Shown here piece by piece: positions 30,587 to 39,590 of a DNA stretch of 64,000 nucleotides. Source of the stretch: Longimicrobiales bacterium (GTDB taxonomy: Bacteria > Gemmatimonadota > Gemmatimonadetes > Longimicrobiales > Gaopeijiaceae); contig JAPKBW010000001.1 of the NCBI GenBank assembly GCA_028823235.1, positions 142,405 to 206,404 of the forward strand, given 5' to 3'. A program made the translations under genes and the position numbers. Below the pieces are notes generated by a model, which was not told where the DNA came from, did no database searches, and saw only the letters and a list, made by a program, of their open reading frames with translations. Position 1 is the stretch's first letter. Every line of letters begins with the position of its first letter.

Positions 30587-31055
30587 TCAAGCCGAGTGGA
30601 CCAGGGCGTCGTTCTCGAAGCGTGTCCGCTCTCTCGCGGTGTGGGGTTCGGAATATTCCAACTGCCCGATGGGATCCCGGACAATCACATTGATTCCGTC
30701 CCACCAGCCTTCGCGGGCTTCCCGAAGCTGATCGGGACTGTGGTCGCCCCGATTTCACTCCGGGCAGGCTTCGAACAACATCCGAAACTCTCGGTGCGCA
30801 CGGACGAAGTCGCGGCTCGCCTGCCGGACGTGTGCGTAGTTGGCGTCGTCCACGACGATCACGACCCTTGAGCGCAGGAGGGGCATGACGAAATGACGGC
30901 ACATCGGCTGACTTCAGTAGTCGCGCGGAAGACCGCTGAGCTTCTGACCCGACTGGGCAGAGAGAGACTTCCCACCGCTCCTACACGAGGACACCGTTCC
31001 CCGAGGCTTCGGCAATCACCTCGACGATCGTGGGCAGCACGCCTGTTTGTGTCAT
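30587..31055 (-). pseudogene. Decayed class I SAM-dependent methyltransferase (Methyltransf_24-like) gene
   Basis: My own translation gives MTQTGVLPTIVEVIAEASGNGVLV-TAG. After a +1 shift it continues GKSLSAQSGQKLSGLPRDY-TGA-SQPMCRHFVMPLLRSRVVIVVDDANYAHVRQASRDFVRAHREFRMLFEACPE-TGA-NRGDHSPDQLREAREGWWDGINVIVRDP... The C-terminal part looks like the (V/I)(V/I)xDDxxx..V..A...F...W.G(I/L).V(I/L) end of such methyltransferases. Confidence 0.4.
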
Positions 31056-31142
31056 TCTCTTACGAAGTAAGAGTGTCAGCAGAAAACTTTCCGTGATGTT
31101 CTATTGTCAGCCACATGGCTGGTGACACCAAGGATTCAGACG

Positions 31143-31601
31143 ATGCCAAAGTACGCGAAGACCCCTGAAGCGATCTCTGCCCTGACCCCCGAGCAGTACC
31201 GTGTCACTCAGGAGAGCGGTACCGAGCAGCCCGGCACGGGAGCATACCTAGACAACAAACAGCCGGGGATCTACGTGGACATCGTTTCCGGCGAGCCTCT
31301 CTTCGCCTCGTCTGACAAGTACGAGTCCGGCTGTGGGTGGCCGAGCTTTACCAAGCCGATCGAAACGGAGCACGTGCAGGAATTGACTGACCGGACCCTC
31401 GGCAGGACCCGGACGGAAGTGCGGTCGCTCCACGGCGATAGCCACCTCGGTCACGTGTTCACGGACGGGCCCATGGATCGCGGAGGGCTGCGCTACTGCA
31501 TCAACGGCGCCTCCCTGCGGTTCGTCCTCAGAGGCGATATGGAAGCTGAGGGCTACGGCGACTACCTCGGACAGGTCGAAGATCTGGGGTCGGATACCTG
31601 A
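31143..31601 (+). CDS. msrB: Peptide-methionine (R)-S-oxide reductase
   Basis: [18 protein letters not shown] and the catalytic RYCINGASL. The zinc CxxC pairs are absent (non-zinc form). Confidence 0.9.
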   Translation: MPKYAKTPEAISALTPEQYRVTQESGTEQPGTGAYLDNKQPGIYVDIVSGEPLFASSDKYESGCGWPSFTKPIETEHVQELTDRTLGRTRTEVRSLHGDSHLGHVFTDGPMDRGGLRYCINGASLRFVLRGDMEAEGYGDYLGQVEDLGSDT

Positions 31602-31630
31602 CCCCGCGACCGCGACCCGAGGCAGACCCA

Positions 31631-33115
31631 ATGCATCCTCCCGTCAGCTTCGACTTTGACAACAGCTATGCCAGAGACCTCGAGGGGTTCTACGTAGCCT
31701 GGCAAGGTGAGCAGCCACCTGAACCGAAGATCATTCAGCTGAATCGCGACCTGGCTGTCGATCTGGGACTCGACCCGGACGCCCTGTCGAACGAGCAGGG
31801 TGCCAAATATTTCTCCGGAGCACTCGCACCCGAGGGGGCCCAACCGTTAGCCCAGGCCTACGCTGGTCACCAGTTCGGCAACTTCTCACCCCAACTGGGG
31901 GACGGGCGCGCGATGCTGCTGGGTGAAGTTCTCGACCGGGGCGGGAGCCGGTGGGATCTCCAGCTCAAGGGGTCGGGACGCACGCCGTTCTCGCGAGGCG
32001 GCGATGGCAAAGCCGTCCTGGGCCCCGTACTTCGAGAGTATCTGATGGGCGAGGCCATGCATGCCCTGGGTATTCCGACTACACGTGCACTCGCTGCAGT
32101 GACCACCGGCGACACGGTCATGCGCCAAGAGGGCCCTCAACCGGGGGCGATCCTCGCCCGGATCGCCTCGAGTCATTTGCGTGTCGGGACGTTTGAGTTC
32201 TTCGCTGCCAGGAAGGAGACTGCCCGAGTCCAGCAGCTCGCCGACTATGCAATCTTGCGTCACTTCCCGGAGTTGGCGGACTCTGAGAATCGCTACCTAG
32301 GACTGCTACGTGCGGTACGGGACCGACAAGCTACTCTGGTCGCCCAATGGCTGTCCGTTGGTTTCGTGCACGGAGTGATGAACACGGACAACACCACCAT
32401 CTCCGGTGAAACGCTCGACTATGGGCCGTGCGCGTTCATGGACAGCTATGATCCCGGAGCCGTCTTCAGCTCGATCGACCGTCAGGGTCGATATGCGTAC
32501 GGAAACCAGCCGGCCATCACGCAATGGAACCTGGCTCGGCTAGCCGAGACCCTGCTCGAGTTGATCGACCCGGAGGACACAGACAATGCCGTGCGACTGG
32601 CCACGATTGAGCTCGATGCATTCCCAACGGTCTATCAAGACGCATGGCTAGCGACCATGGCCGCCAAGCTCGGACTCGTCGAGAGCGAGGCAGGTGATCT
32701 TGACCTGATCAACGACCTGCACGGCGACATGAACGGACAGAACGTCGACTTCACATTGGTGTTTCGCCGTCTGGCCGATGGCCTGCGCGGCGAGGTGGAC
32801 CCCGCACGCGCCTTGTTCGACGAGCCGACGGCGCTGGATCCGTGGCTCGAACGTTGGTCAGCACGGCTGGATCGTCAGGACATCGACCTGAACACGTGCG
32901 CGGACGCGATGGACCGGGTGAACCCCGTGTACATCGCTCGGAATCACAAGGTGGAGGAAGCGCTTCAGGCAGCCGCGGAGTCGTCTGATTTTCGACCATT
33001 CGAACGGCTTCTAGCCGTGCTCGCTCAGCCATACGAGCGGGCGGCTGGGCAGGAAGCCTTCGAAGGACCAGCACCAGCCGATTTTGGTCCGTACACGACC
33101 TTCTGTGGCACCTGA
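31631..33115 (+). CDS. selO: Protein adenylyltransferase SelO (YdiU family pseudokinase fold)
   Basis: FDNSYARDL, AYAGHQFG, QLGDGRA, LQLKGSGRTPFSR, GVMNTDN. C-terminal ...TTFCGT carries the Cys that replaces Sec of eukaryotic SelO. Confidence 0.9.
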   Translation: MHPPVSFDFDNSYARDLEGFYVAWQGEQPPEPKIIQLNRDLAVDLGLDPDALSNEQGAKYFSGALAPEGAQPLAQAYAGHQFGNFSPQLGDGRAMLLGEVLDRGGSRWDLQLKGSGRTPFSRGGDGKAVLGPVLREYLMGEAMHALGIPTTRALAAVTTGDTVMRQEGPQPGAILARIASSHLRVGTFEFFAARKETARVQQLADYAILRHFPELADSENRYLGLLRAVRDRQATLVAQWLSVGFVHGVMNTDNTTISGETLDYGPCAFMDSYDPGAVFSSIDRQGRYAYGNQPAITQWNLARLAETLLELIDPEDTDNAVRLATIELDAFPTVYQDAWLATMAAKLGLVESEAGDLDLINDLHGDMNGQNVDFTLVFRRLADGLRGEVDPARALFDEPTALDPWLERWSARLDRQDIDLNTCADAMDRVNPVYIARNHKVEEALQAAAESSDFRPFERLLAVLAQPYERAAGQEAFEGPAPADFGPYTTFCGT

Positions 33116-33230
33116 GGGAAAGGACCGCGCCAGGCGCAATCACGGCGGCACCCTGGAGTGGGCCCTCCCGCCCTGTCTCCTGACAGCGGTTGGGGGGCAT
33201 ACACATCGGACAAGTCTGGGCGGACCGTAG

Positions 33231-33440
33231 CCTACGTTCGATCGTTTCCAGACGCTGGGGCCGGCAAGAAGTACATCTCCGCCTCTGGTGGCGACAACCC
33301 GACCTGGCCGCCCGATCTACGCGGTCAGCACCGATGAGCAGAGGTTCGTAATGCGGCAGTGGGATTCTTCTACAGGCCCCCCGGAGCTGGTGCCGGTCCG
33401 GAACTGATTCGAAGAGCTTCGAGGGCTGGTGCCTCGATAG
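33231..33440 (+). pseudogene. Remnant of the C-terminus of a PD40/TolB-like beta-propeller protein
   Basis: My own translation gives ...PIYAVSTDEQRFVMRQWDSSTGPPELVPVRN-TGA-FEELRGLVPR-TAG. It matches the family ending Y.VSPDGQRF.M....L.VV.NWFEEL..LVP, with the Trp codon replaced by TGA at 33405-33407. A shifted frame upstream reads GKKYISASGGDNPTW. Confidence 0.5.
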
Positions 33441-33574
33441 CCCCCTGCGTCACCGGTTCGCACAGCTGAACGCGAGTAGCGGGGCCCGACCCGACTCTCT
33501 AGAATCTGCGGATCTGCTAGCTGCCTGGTAGTTCCGACTCCGAGAACCATCATGACCCTTCGTCCATACGGCAC

Positions 33575-34405
33575 GTGAAAAATTCACTTCCGGTCCTGCT
33601 GCTGACTCTCGCCAGCTGCCAAGTGGCTCCCGAGTACCCGACGACGCTCGACATGACCACCTGGTCGGTAGCCGCCATCGATCCCGAGACGGGAGATGTC
33701 GGCGTCGCCGGGGCTTCGTGCGTCGCGACACACGCCGATGCGCTCGCAGCGCTCGTGCCCGGAAAAGGGGCTGCTGCCACGCAGGCGGGCTTTGACATCA
33801 ACAATCGGAACGTCGTCTACCAGGCACTTCAGGAAGGGCTCACCGCGGAGGAGATCGTGAAGCGCGTTACCGATCCTGCGGTGGACAGCCTGACCAGTCG
33901 CCGGCAGTACGGCGTGGTCACTCTGAACGACGGCGCGGTGCATGTAGCCGGGTTCACGGCGCCGGAGCGTCGCGGAGTCACGGGCGAGCCCGACCCCACC
34001 AGGTGGGCCGGCGTCATGGGTGACCCCAAATGGGGGGTCACCGTCCAAGGCAATACGCTCGTGAACGAGCGAGTCGTGGCCGATGGACTGGAAGCCTTCC
34101 GCTGGGAGGATCCGACCGGCTTCAACACGCTGTCCGACCGACTCATGCGTGCGCTCGAGGCGGGATCCGTCGCAGGTGGTGATGTCCGCTGCAATAACGA
34201 GACGACACGTCAGACCGCAGCCCTGGCGTTCATCGTCGTGGCGCGAGGGACCGACCCACCCTACGCGACCGAGAGCATCGGAATGAGCGATCAGGGCACG
34301 GACGCCGCACCGTGGCTGGCGATTTCCGTGGCTGTCGAGCGCGGAGGTGACAATCCCCTGCTCGAGCTCAGACTGCGATACGACCAGTGGCGGCGCGGGA
34401 GCTGA
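33575..34405 (+). CDS. DUF1028 family (Ntn-hydrolase-fold) lipoprotein
   Basis: Lipobox LLTLASC. TWSVAAIDPETGDVGVAGASC, RQYGVV, QGNTLVNE and RLMRALEAGSVAGGDVRC match the DUF1028 pattern. Confidence 0.75.
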   Translation: MKNSLPVLLLTLASCQVAPEYPTTLDMTTWSVAAIDPETGDVGVAGASCVATHADALAALVPGKGAAATQAGFDINNRNVVYQALQEGLTAEEIVKRVTDPAVDSLTSRRQYGVVTLNDGAVHVAGFTAPERRGVTGEPDPTRWAGVMGDPKWGVTVQGNTLVNERVVADGLEAFRWEDPTGFNTLSDRLMRALEAGSVAGGDVRCNNETTRQTAALAFIVVARGTDPPYATESIGMSDQGTDAAPWLAISVAVERGGDNPLLELRLRYDQWRRGS

Positions 34406-34440
34406 GCTGAGACCGGACCCCAGCTCCCGCCTTTTACCGC

Positions 34441-35802
34441 CTATGTCTTGCCGAACTCCTCCATGATGGCGGCTGCGTATTTGATCCCCTGGAGGTACTT
34501 GTCCACGTGAATGTTCTCGTCCGGCGCATGGAGGTTCGCGCCCGGGTTGGCGAAACCGGTGAGGACGCACGGAATCCACACATGCCGCAGGATCGCACCC
34601 TCGGCGGACACGCCATTCACGACGGGTAGCTCGCCGTAGACCTCAGTGGCGGCGGCGATGATCGCTTGGCTGATGTCTTCTTTCACCGAAATTTTGTACG
34701 GGGGCTCAGCACCATCGAAAGCCTCTACCTCGATATGGCCGAAACCGTGCTTTTCGAGGTGCGCTTTCAGTTTCCTGATCGCATCGACAGGCTGAATGTT
34801 CGGGATCAACCTGAAGTCCATTCGGACCCTGGCTTCGTTAGGGATGATTGTCTTCCTCCCCTGGCCGGTGTAGCCAGCGATCATCCCCTGGATGTTCGCG
34901 GTCGGTTCGTACGTCCGTGCACGGATCGCATCGACGCCGTCGCGGCCGAGAGCAAACTCGGAGATGCCCCACTCCTCCTTTAGCGCGTTCAGGTCGACCC
35001 GAGCCGCCTTGTCGGCCAGCTGCTCTTCGTCATCCGGACCGAGTTGCCAAATACCCTCTTCCCAGTCTTCGATGAGGATCCGGCGATTCCGATCGAGGAT
35101 CGTGTTCAGCGCCCATATGAGTTCCCAAACGGGCGACTCGACCAACGGGAAGTTCAGCGAGTGCACATCCGTGTTCGCACCGCGTGCGATGAGCTCGACG
35201 AATAGCACGGACTTGAGGCCCAGTGAGACGTCCGGGACCTCGGTCCCGGTCTCCATTGACCCGTCGAGACAGTGCATCCCGTCAGCCTTGAGAAGCTCTT
35301 CGTTCTTAGCAGCCCAGGCCGCGAGGTTCGGCGAGCCAATCTCCTCTTCGCCTTCGATGAGGAACTTGAGGTTCACCGGCACCTCTCCTCGCACCTGCAG
35401 GAATGCCTTCGCGGCCTTCTGGAAGGCCAGCACCCCTGACTTGTTGTCCGTGGACCCCCGCCCGTACAGAACCCCATCGACGATATCGCCAGACCACGGG
35501 CCGCCGTGGCTCCACTCGTCGAGTGGCTCGGGTGGCTGCACGTCATAGTGTGAGTAGCACAGGATGGTTTTTGCCGGCTTCGTTGCCTCGAGGTGACCGA
35601 AGACGACCGGGGGGCCCTCTTCCAACTCGTGGAAGTCAGCTGGAAGTCCGTCATCGTGCATCATGTCGCGAACGATGGCGGCACACTCCCGTAGTCCCAC
35701 GCCCTGAGCAGAGATCGAGGGCTGCTGGACCAGGCGCTGCAGGTCTCCCACACACTCGTCGGCGTTGGCATCGATCCAGTCGTAGATGTCCTGCATGCTC
35801 AT
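34441..35802 (-). CDS. M20-family dipeptidase / metallo-hydrolase
   Basis: ATG 35802 overlaps the upstream stop (ATGA). SHYDVQPPEPLDEW, GRGSTDNKSG and IEGEEEIGS metal-ligand motifs. Confidence 0.8.
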   Translation of the reverse strand: MSMQDIYDWIDANADECVGDLQRLVQQPSISAQGVGLRECAAIVRDMMHDDGLPADFHELEEGPPVVFGHLEATKPAKTILCYSHYDVQPPEPLDEWSHGGPWSGDIVDGVLYGRGSTDNKSGVLAFQKAAKAFLQVRGEVPVNLKFLIEGEEEIGSPNLAAWAAKNEELLKADGMHCLDGSMETGTEVPDVSLGLKSVLFVELIARGANTDVHSLNFPLVESPVWELIWALNTILDRNRRILIEDWEEGIWQLGPDDEEQLADKAARVDLNALKEEWGISEFALGRDGVDAIRARTYEPTANIQGMIAGYTGQGRKTIIPNEARVRMDFRLIPNIQPVDAIRKLKAHLEKHGFGHIEVEAFDGAEPPYKISVKEDISQAIIAAATEVYGELPVVNGVSAEGAILRHVWIPCVLTGFANPGANLHAPDENIHVDKYLQGIKYAAAIMEEFGKT

Positions 35803-36509
35803 GAAGCGGATTCCTGCTGGGAGAGGGCCCATGCGTCGAGTCGTTGACCTGACAAGTGCATGGGACAGGTCGCGAGGTGCGCGAATGCTGGCGCGAGAAG
35901 AATTGGATCTACCCACTTCTCGCGAAGCTCGGGCGGGTAGGTGGTCTCAGACATGGGCGTGTGCATGAACATCCCCGGCGTGATAGTCACGGAAAGGATA
36001 CCGGCCGACGCACCTTCCAGAGCCAGGGATTTCGAAAAGCCCTCCAAGGCATGCTTCGCCGCGCAGTAGCCGGCCTCTTCCGCGAACCCTTCAATCCCCG
36101 AACGAGACGAGACAAACACGAGGCTGCCGCCGCGGTCTTTCATGCCCGACCACACGGCCTTGGTCAGCTGGAAGGCTGCCTGGATTCCCACATTGAGCGT
36201 CGCCTGAAAAGCGTCGAGACTCACATCGTCGAGCGGTGCCATCCGGAGGATCGCGGCGTTGTGGATGAGCGTATCCACCGGACCCGTCACGACCGCATCA
36301 ATGGCCTGTCGTGTTGCCTTAGCATCGGAGAGGTCGACGACAGCGGTCAAAGCTCCCGGGCAAAGCGCCGCGATTTCAGCGAGCCCCTCCGCGTCGCGGT
36401 CCAGAAGAATCAGCCGCGCTCCAAGTCCGTGAAGGTGCCGGGCTATGGCAGCACCGAGCCCCTGGGCCGCGCCCGTGATGAGAATGCACTGCCCCTCAAC
36501 CGCCGGCAT
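35799..36509 (-). CDS. SDR family oxidoreductase
   Basis: ITGAAQGLGAAIA, HNAA, and catalytic YCAAKHA (YxxxK). Confidence 0.8.
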   Translation of the reverse strand: MPAVEGQCILITGAAQGLGAAIARHLHGLGARLILLDRDAEGLAEIAALCPGALTAVVDLSDAKATRQAIDAVVTGPVDTLIHNAAILRMAPLDDVSLDAFQATLNVGIQAAFQLTKAVWSGMKDRGGSLVFVSSRSGIEGFAEEAGYCAAKHALEGFSKSLALEGASAGILSVTITPGMFMHTPMSETTYPPELREKWVDPILLAPAFAHLATCPMHLSGQRLDAWALSQQESAS

Positions 36510-37575
36510 GGACTTCCTCCGGCCGAACCGATCGTCGCTCCGCACCCGAGACCTTCACCGCATCGAGGACCATCTGATTGGCGAGTCCATCTGCGAACGT
36601 CGCCCCTCGGGGTGTCCTCCCCTCGCGAATCGCCGCTGCGAACTCCTGCAGCAGGGCTACGACAGACACGTTCCAGATGCCTTTGTTGACCCCCGGCAGG
36701 TCAGCGTTTGGGTCCAGGACCGTGATGTCTTCGAAGTCCTCACCCGCCCGCGCGAAGCAAAGCTTCTCATCATCGTTGGAAAGGGTGATGGTCCCCCGCG
36801 AACCAAAGATGCGAGTCGCGTTCCCCATGCCGTGAGCCGCGACTCCGGACATGAACACCTGCACGACTGCCCCAGAAGCCATCTCCAGGGTGAAGAAAGC
36901 GACGTCGTCCGCTGTAGCGGTCCAGGCATTGCCCGTAGACTTGTCTGTCCTGTCCGGCACCATGACCGGCGCAGCTCCGCTGACCCAGGCCACCTCACCG
37001 AGCCACCAGCGCAGGAGGTCCACCTGGTGGCTGCCGTTCGCACCGAGTCGTCCCCCGCCCTGCTCTGCGAGGCTCCACCAGTCCCCCTCGGGACGGCTGG
37101 CAGGGTCGCCCCACGTCGTTCCAACGTTGGAAATATCTGCGTGCCGGATTTCGCCCAGAGCTCCCTCCGCAATCAGCTCCGCGATGCGCATGCGGTTCGG
37201 ATTAAAGCGGAGTTCATGGTCGATCATATGAATCCGCCCGGTCGCCTCAGCCGCCTGGAGCATGCTGGCAGCCTCTCCCGCATTCATTGCGGTCGGCTTC
37301 TCGCAGAGGACGTGAGCGCCCGCGGCGATCGCGGCCAGCGCTTGGGCCTCGTGCAGGACCGTGGGAGTCGCGATGCAGACCAGATCGAACGAGTGAGATG
37401 CCAGCATGGCTTCCCAGTCGTCGTAAGCGTGCGGCACACCGAATTCGGCAGCAGCAGCCTGAGCGCTCTCCATGCGCGCTGACGCCAGCGCCACAACCTC
37501 CGCCTCAGGCACGTGGCGAAGAGCCGGCAGGTATGCCGCCTTCGCGAAGCTCGCGCCGATGATCCCAACCTTCAT
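36496..37575 (-). CDS. Gfo/Idh/MocA family oxidoreductase
   Basis: N-terminal Rossmann KVGIIGASFAKAAYLPAL and VLCEKP motif. 359 aa. Confidence 0.8.
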   Translation of the reverse strand: MKVGIIGASFAKAAYLPALRHVPEAEVVALASARMESAQAAAAEFGVPHAYDDWEAMLASHSFDLVCIATPTVLHEAQALAAIAAGAHVLCEKPTAMNAGEAASMLQAAEATGRIHMIDHELRFNPNRMRIAELIAEGALGEIRHADISNVGTTWGDPASRPEGDWWSLAEQGGGRLGANGSHQVDLLRWWLGEVAWVSGAAPVMVPDRTDKSTGNAWTATADDVAFFTLEMASGAVVQVFMSGVAAHGMGNATRIFGSRGTITLSNDDEKLCFARAGEDFEDITVLDPNADLPGVNKGIWNVSVVALLQEFAAAIREGRTPRGATFADGLANQMVLDAVKVSGAERRSVRPEEVHAGG

Positions 37576-37659
37576 TTGCTTCTCCTCAAGTGATGGGAGC
37601 GCCGGTGATGGTATCGCCAGACAGAACGGCCATACCGAAGCGGCATCCCTTACAAATCG

Positions 37660-38571
37660 TCAAGTGCGTTCCCGCAGTCGTGGGTCCAGGAAGTCCCGAA
37701 GCCAGTCTCCGAGGATGTTGAAGCTCAGTACCGTCAGGACGATAGCCACGCCCGGGAAGACCGCGAGCCACCACTTGTTCGCAATGAGCGAGTCTCGACT
37801 CTCGGCCAGCATGCTGCCCCACGTGGGGACCGACGGCGGCACGCCGAGGCCGAGAAAAGAAAGGGCTGCCTCGGAGAGGATCACCGACGCCACGTTGAAC
37901 GACGCGATCACGGTGAGCGGAGCCAAGATGTTCGGGAGGATCGTCCGAAAGATGATCGACAGCGTGCTGTCACCCAGCGCACGCGCTGCTTCCACGAACT
38001 CCTTCTCGCGGAGGGAAAGCGTATCAGCACGCACAATACGCGCATACGTGACCCACTGACCCACGCCGAGTACGAGAACCAGGTTCCAGACCCCGGACCC
38101 CATAACGACCAGAAACATGATAGCCAGCAAAATGAACGGGAATGCGAGTTGGATATCTCCCAGGCGCATGATGACGTCATCAACCCACCCCCCGAAATAC
38201 CCTGAAACGAGTCCTGCCGTGATCCCGATGCTTCCCCCCACCGTGATGCTGGCGATCCCGACCGTAAGCGAGATACGGGCGCCATAGAGCAGCCGGGAAA
38301 AGACGTCGCGCCCCAGGGCATCGGACCCGAGAAGGAATACGGTGCCGTCCGGACCCGCAGAAAGCGGCTCAGCCAGGCGGAGTGCAAGGTTCTGCCGATT
38401 CGGATCGAACGGCGACAGCAGGGGGCCGAAGATCGCCGCAAATGCCGCGACTGCGAGAATGATCACGGCCAGAACGGGCCAACGGGCATCTGCCATCACT
38501 CGGATGGCTCGTCGGAACTCCCGCCTGAGTTCGCTGTCCCGAGCGGGTGTGGCGGTGGGCAGATCGGTCAT
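37660..38571 (-). CDS. ABC transporter permease, DppC/OppC-like
   Basis: Six-TM profile. EAA-type loop EFVEAARALGDSTLSIIFRTILPN. ATGA overlap with the upstream permease. Confidence 0.85.
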   Translation of the reverse strand: MTDLPTATPARDSELRREFRRAIRVMADARWPVLAVIILAVAAFAAIFGPLLSPFDPNRQNLALRLAEPLSAGPDGTVFLLGSDALGRDVFSRLLYGARISLTVGIASITVGGSIGITAGLVSGYFGGWVDDVIMRLGDIQLAFPFILLAIMFLVVMGSGVWNLVLVLGVGQWVTYARIVRADTLSLREKEFVEAARALGDSTLSIIFRTILPNILAPLTVIASFNVASVILSEAALSFLGLGVPPSVPTWGSMLAESRDSLIANKWWLAVFPGVAIVLTVLSFNILGDWLRDFLDPRLRERT

Positions 38572-39557
38572 CCTCCGCCTCCAGTCAGCTTCACACGGGG
38601 GTCGAGGCGCACATAAACGAGGTCAACGACGAGGTTGAGCATGACGAAGATCCCGGCAAGGAGAATGACGCCGGCCTGTACCAGCGGAATATCTCGCTGG
38701 TTAATCGCCGCGAAGAGGAGGCGGCCGATCCCCGGGTAGCTGAACACCGTCTCCACCACGACAACGCCCCCCAGCAGAAAACCGAACTCGAGCCCGATAA
38801 TCGTCACCACGGGCAACCACGCGTTTCGCAGGGCGTGGTGCACCAGGACTCGTAGTTCCGGCAGCCCCTTGGAGCGAGCGGTCCGAACGTAGTCCTGCTC
38901 GAGAACCTCGAGCAGCGACGAACGAACGAGTCGAGTATTCCTTGCCAGGGAGTACGTTCCCACGGCGATCCCAGGCAAGATCAGGTGATAAATCGTCCGG
39001 GGGAGGTTCGAGAACGCCGTTCCGAAATCACCATTCAGCAACGGTGTAAGGAAGGGCACATGGCCAGAAATGGGGAACCAGCGCGTGTAGAGTCCGAAAA
39101 AAAGGATCATCATGATCCCTAGCCAGAAATTCGGAATCGACTGACCCAGCATGGCGAAGGTCGTGACGGACCCGTCCCACGCCGTCCCTCGATTGATGGC
39201 TGCGAGGACGCCCAGGGGGATTGCCAGCATGAGTGCGAGTACCAGAGCGAATACCGTCAACTCGATCGTAGCCGGGAGCGCGTCGAGGACGATCTCCATG
39301 GCCGGCTGCCTGTACGAGAGCGACTGCCCGAAATCACCCTGAACCAGGTCGCCGACAAACCCCAGGTACTGCTCATGAAGGGGCCGATCGAAGCCAAGGG
39401 CCCGACGGGTCGCCTCGATCTCCTCGGTGGAAGCCCGTTCGCTGACATAGAGGTAGGTCGGATCTCCGCCGGCCTGAAGCGCCAAGAAGCTCACCAGCGT
39501 GACGCCGATGACGACCACGATGCTCTGGAGCAACCTCCTCAGGATGTAAGATCCCAT
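38568..39557 (-). CDS. ABC transporter permease, DppB/OppB-like
   Basis: MGSYILRRLLQSIVVVIGVTLVSF N-terminus and the loop DYVRTARSKGLPELRVLVHHALRNA. Confidence 0.85.
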   Translation of the reverse strand: MGSYILRRLLQSIVVVIGVTLVSFLALQAGGDPTYLYVSERASTEEIEATRRALGFDRPLHEQYLGFVGDLVQGDFGQSLSYRQPAMEIVLDALPATIELTVFALVLALMLAIPLGVLAAINRGTAWDGSVTTFAMLGQSIPNFWLGIMMILFFGLYTRWFPISGHVPFLTPLLNGDFGTAFSNLPRTIYHLILPGIAVGTYSLARNTRLVRSSLLEVLEQDYVRTARSKGLPELRVLVHHALRNAWLPVVTIIGLEFGFLLGGVVVVETVFSYPGIGRLLFAAINQRDIPLVQAGVILLAGIFVMLNLVVDLVYVRLDPRVKLTGGGG

Positions 39558-39590
39558 TACGCCAGTCCTCCGGTCAGGACGCCATCGGGA

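Noticed and set aside
30416-30871. 151-aa plus-strand ORF (and the 107-aa minus-strand ORF 30579-30902) in the gap before msrB
   Set aside because: They have no motifs and odd composition, and they overlap the region better explained by the decayed methyltransferase frames.
30587-31055. TGA recoding (selenocysteine or an alternative genetic code) in the interrupted methyltransferase frame
   Set aside because: TGA is used as an ordinary stop by many well-defined genes in this window. The same locus also has a TAG and a frameshift, and I saw no obvious hairpin downstream of either TGA. Gene decay is the simpler explanation.
33584-34579. 331-aa minus-strand ORF overlapping the DUF1028 gene
   Set aside because: This is a shadow ORF with Arg/Gly/Pro-rich composition and no domain signature. 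The plus-strand DUF1028 reading has clear family motifs. The same reasoning applies to 39375-40571 (+), 36445-37482 (+), 47584-48510 (+), 49361-50515 (-), 55104-56441 (-), 59372-60421 (+), 19028-20062 (-), 24037-24783 (-) and the many shorter antisense ORFs in the track.
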